Part shown: positions 61,501-64,000 of the stretch, piece after piece
How positions within the stretch are numbered: the first letter of the stretch is position 1
Layout of the letters: each line of letters begins with the position of its first letter
Origin: Candidatus Kapaibacterium sp.
GTDB lineage: Bacteria > Bacteroidota > Ignavibacteria > Kapaibacteriales > HRBIN21
DNA: 64,000 nt
Assembly (NCBI GenBank): GCA_025059875.1
Contig: JANXCT010000002.1
Span: forward strand, 87,910-151,909
Direction of reading: 5' to 3'
Program-made: the position numbers and the translations under genes
Notes under the pieces: model-generated
The model's input: the letters and a program-made list of their open reading frames with translations, nothing else
Told to the model about the DNA's origin: nothing
Database searches by the model: none

Positions 61501-61700
61501 CACTCATGTACGCTGACAACCGTAGGGTCAATCGACCGCGCCAACTCTTCCGCTTGCCAGACAACTCCCTGCGCTTCCTCCACTAATGCCTGTTGAAGTC
61601 GCTCACGAACATCTTCCTGCAGAATCCACCCCTGTCCCCGAGCAACGAATCCCCTCGTGAGTAGACCTACAACTATCACGGTAGCCAACCAGCAGCCCAT
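58596..61700 (-). CDS. Large secreted TPR protein (BamD/CpoB-like repeats)
   Basis: About 1000 aa of TPR units (YPxS...A.Y..G). Start placed at ATG 61700 because a TAnnTTTG element abuts 61727. Confidence 0.8.
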   Translation of the reverse strand: MGCWLATVIVVGLLTRGFVARGQGWILQEDVRERLQQALVEEAQGVVWQAEELARSIDPTVVSVHEWASFVATRSLLRQGLWRQGSEALATLLVEAPLSSLRPWILQWAGIAAFHLQQYEEALRWWDSALAGFRSIPDTTLQLSVMSTVEYWYFLALLHLGQYRRADTLAARYVQQYPSSQFADDVLLFWAFLAELEQQYRQAAQRLQLLRQTYPCHTATLTAFAREAYVRLILREFAQALELTEGLQLLIERLRRGEPVRQGCEPFRSFEVQEQELLYVRAEAYLQREQWEAAQQYFDELLRRYPQGFLADRARFQKAWIDLRRGKSEEALQQLKALRGSSDRLVTSLARLYVPSALKALGDTAAARQELLELSLQRDFPYPARVLLELGQLSYEAAQYRNARLQLEQALREATDAVTTLQILVLLGSVYQQLEQWEQALRTFRTAEQMLQQADTLLVPRWRAYRERALLGAATSLLMLHRPGEAIAPLERLVGEDLAAALQPDEILFWLAEAYYRVGQIERALQTFERVLLRYPQSPRREEALYGTAWCAFRMQQMERAAFWFERLLSEFPQTRYAPEAYVRRADALYLLRQYRQAATVYWELAQRFPKTPEGEYAAYQYGYVLYRLRDYAAAERAFRYFARTYPTSSLADEALYFLGWLAFQQQQYGEAVERFRNLLQSYPNSPLAARTWFAIGNAYYNMEQWHEALQAYRTVVERYPSSPYAVEAVKSVQYCLLALGQTEEAYRWADSIAQRYPATRLEEEARLKRAELLFTQRQYGAALQEYRDFAQRYPYSERTPEALYWAFRSALALGELEAARRFSEQLQQNYPQLRYAAQTLLELAHEEARRDPVVADRLYQRVEQKGDSVQRAEAVFRRGTLAYVRGDTMAALGFWHRAIAEYPTTEVSAQARYQVALYWRSRERYDSVRSYLTPLALRSDDLGAEALYYVGEAWMREGRCDSAVIAFRQLQTSHQGKENWYSLSLLQAGECYEQMRNPQAAMELYRVLLTLRPNDEYGRIARSRLNRMQRRNP

Positions 61701-61815
61701 GCGGAAGGGCGTACTATTGGATAACATGCAAAGTTACTCGGAGCCGCTCCGATGCAATCCCTTCCCTTCACCAGGCGTCTTATCGTACGCATGTGAATCA
61801 CTCTACGAAAGCCGA

Positions 61816-64000
61816 ATGGCGCAGACCTTTGAGGATCTCTTCGCTCCCGAAACGACGGAAAACGTCCTGAAACCCTCAGAGATTCCAAAGCCCCTGCCCG
61901 TCTTACCGCTACGGGACATCGTCATCTACCCTTTCATGCTCTTCCCTATCGTGGTTGGCCGAGCACCGTCAGTCCGGGCTGTAGCGAAAGCGCTGGAACG
62001 GAAACGCGTCCTCCTGCTGGTCGCCCAACGCGATCCGATGGTGGAAGACCCAGACTTTGAAGACCTCTATCCCCACGGTACGGTTGCCCGCATCCTCCAA
62101 GTCCAGCGCCTCCCTAACCAGCCGATTCTGAAGGTACTCGTTGAGGGCCTCTACCAGGCCCGGATTAAAGAGCCTTTCCACAAAGGCGAGTACATGGAGA
62201 CGAACATCCGCATTATCACCCCCCGTATCCCTCAGGACGACCCAGAGTTCCAGGCAATGGTCCGCCGCGCCGACGAACTCTTCCAAGAGTACCTTCGAAT
62301 TTCGCAGCAACCTCACGAACTGTGGGTGGCCTACGAGAACTTGGAGAACCCTGTCCACCGACTCTTCTACGCCGCTGCCCACGTCCAGCAGAGCATCGAG
62401 GTTAAGCAGCGCATCCTAGAGAAGGAACGCCTGAAGGATCAGTATTTTGAGCTCTTGGGTATCCTGACGACCGAAGTGGAGGTCCGGCGCCTTGCTCAAC
62501 AGATTGACCAAAAGGTACAAGACACCATCCTTCGAGCCCAACGACGCTACATCATCCAAGAGCAGATTCGTGCACTCCAGCGTGAGCTCGGTGAAGAAGA
62601 GGAAGTCCTTCCAGAATTGGCTGCCCTCCGAGAATCCATCGAGCAGGCCGGAATGCCAGAGCACGTTCGGGCAAAGGCTGAGGAAGAATTCGAACGTCTC
62701 CGCAAGACCCCACCTATCTCGCCGGAGTTCACCGTCATCCGCACATACCTAGAATGGCTAACCTCTCTGCCGTGGTCCCAGCGCACTGAAGACAACCTGG
62801 ATATCGAGCACGTTCGCCGCATCTTGGAGGAAGACCACTACGACCTCGAGCGTCCCAAAGAGCGGATTCTGGAGTACTTGGCCGTTGCTCGCCTGAAGGG
62901 ATTGGTACGCTCCCAGATTCTCTGCTTCGTCGGCCCTCCAGGCGTCGGGAAGAGCTCCCTGGCCCGCTCTATTGCCCGCGCGCTAGGACGTCGGTTTGTG
63001 CGGATTTCACTGGGTGGGGTCCGCGACGAGGCGGAGATTCGCGGACACCGCCGCACGTACGTCGGCGCAATGCCTGGGAGGATCATCCAGGCCATGCGGA
63101 AGGCCGGGACGATCAACCCCGTCATCCTGCTCGATGAGGTGGACAAGATGTCCATGGACTTCCGCGGCGATCCCTCGGCAGCCCTACTGGAGGTCCTCGA
63201 CCCGGAGCAGAATCACGCCTTCAACGACCACTACCTAGAAGTCGACTACGACCTGTCCCAAGTGCTCTTCATTGCCACGGCCAACGTCCTCTACGACATC
63301 CCGACCCCTCTGCTAGATCGGATGGAGGTCATAGAGCTGTACAGCTACCTGGACGACGAGAAGCTAGAGATCGCCCGCCGCCATATCATCCCGAGGCTGT
63401 TGGAGACGTATGGGATGGCACACTTCCCCATCGAGTTCACCGACAAAGCCCTCCTGCGAATCATCCGCGAGTATACCCGCGAAGCTGGAGTTCGGAATCT
63501 CGAACGGCAGATTGCCTCCATTCTCCGGAAAATTGCTCGCCGCCTCGTCGAAGGCTTCTCAACTGCAGAAGCAGAACAGAGCAACCTCGCTGACTCCCCA
63601 GACTTCCAGAGCTACCTCCAACAGCAGCGCATCATTGTGGATGCGGAGGCTGTCCCGAACTACCTGAAAGCCCCACCGTATTCTGAGCGCCGCCATGACC
63701 TTCGCGACAAGGTTGGGATTGCGTTAGGACTTGCATGGACGAGCGTAGGAGGAGAGCTCCTGCCCGTAGAGGCAACCCTTATGCCCGGTACAGAGAAATT
63801 AACGTTAACGGGCAAGCTGGGAGAGGTGATGAAAGAATCCGCTATGGCTGCAGTCTCATATGTGCGCTCCAACGCAGAGCGGTTCGGGATTCCCACCGGC
63901 TTTGCTACCGGGAAGGAGATTCACATCCACATCCCAGAGGGGGCTATACCGAAGGACGGTCCTTCTGCAGGCGTTACGATGACAGTAGCCCTCATCTCGG
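61816..64000 (+). CDS. lon: ATP-dependent Lon protease, 3'-truncated by the window edge
   Basis: Not in ORF track (no stop in window). LPVLPLRD, CFVGPPGVGKSS, DEAEIRGHRRTYVG, LLDEVDK, HIPEGAIPKDGPSAG, all in one frame. Confidence 0.96.
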   Translation, partial: MAQTFEDLFAPETTENVLKPSEIPKPLPVLPLRDIVIYPFMLFPIVVGRAPSVRAVAKALERKRVLLLVAQRDPMVEDPDFEDLYPHGTVARILQVQRLPNQPILKVLVEGLYQARIKEPFHKGEYMETNIRIITPRIPQDDPEFQAMVRRADELFQEYLRISQQPHELWVAYENLENPVHRLFYAAAHVQQSIEVKQRILEKERLKDQYFELLGILTTEVEVRRLAQQIDQKVQDTILRAQRRYIIQEQIRALQRELGEEEEVLPELAALRESIEQAGMPEHVRAKAEEEFERLRKTPPISPEFTVIRTYLEWLTSLPWSQRTEDNLDIEHVRRILEEDHYDLERPKERILEYLAVARLKGLVRSQILCFVGPPGVGKSSLARSIARALGRRFVRISLGGVRDEAEIRGHRRTYVGAMPGRIIQAMRKAGTINPVILLDEVDKMSMDFRGDPSAALLEVLDPEQNHAFNDHYLEVDYDLSQVLFIATANVLYDIPTPLLDRMEVIELYSYLDDEKLEIARRHIIPRLLETYGMAHFPIEFTDKALLRIIREYTREAGVRNLERQIASILRKIARRLVEGFSTAEAEQSNLADSPDFQSYLQQQRIIVDAEAVPNYLKAPPYSERRHDLRDKVGIALGLAWTSVGGELLPVEATLMPGTEKLTLTGKLGEVMKESAMAAVSYVRSNAERFGIPTGFATGKEIHIHIPEGAIPKDGPSAGVTMTVALIS

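Noticed and set aside
61969..63896. Short ORFs listed in the track over the window end
   Set aside because: They are antisense or off-frame shadows of lon, which is open from 61816 to the edge.

Overview
64 kb of core chromosome from a moderately GC-rich bacterium. T9SS porU/porV, alternative complex III, TAnnTTTG promoters and Gln-start secreted proteins point to the Bacteroidota/Chlorobiota (FCB) radiation, plausibly a thermophilic Kapabacteria/Ignavibacteria-like lineage (inference only). Contents in order: a DUF420 tail, the actABCDEF operon with mscS, and a dif-like XerCD site at 8910-8937 where KOPS-like octamers switch polarity, so this is probably the replication terminus. Then a putative B12-related divergent gene pair, a degraded kdsC, glutaminyl cyclase-prmA-ppx, an E2-E1 fused 2-oxoglutarate dehydrogenase, tRNA-Gly, porU-porV, several T9SS-type secreted proteins and housekeeping genes (cbs, purF, ugd, lon). 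Finally a decaying flagellar remnant (fliL and fliN intact, fliM and fliO frameshifted) and a TPR/beta-barrel/SPOR/TonB envelope operon. No CRISPR array, prophage, integrase or transposase was seen. All calls come from reading motifs by eye, with no database searches.
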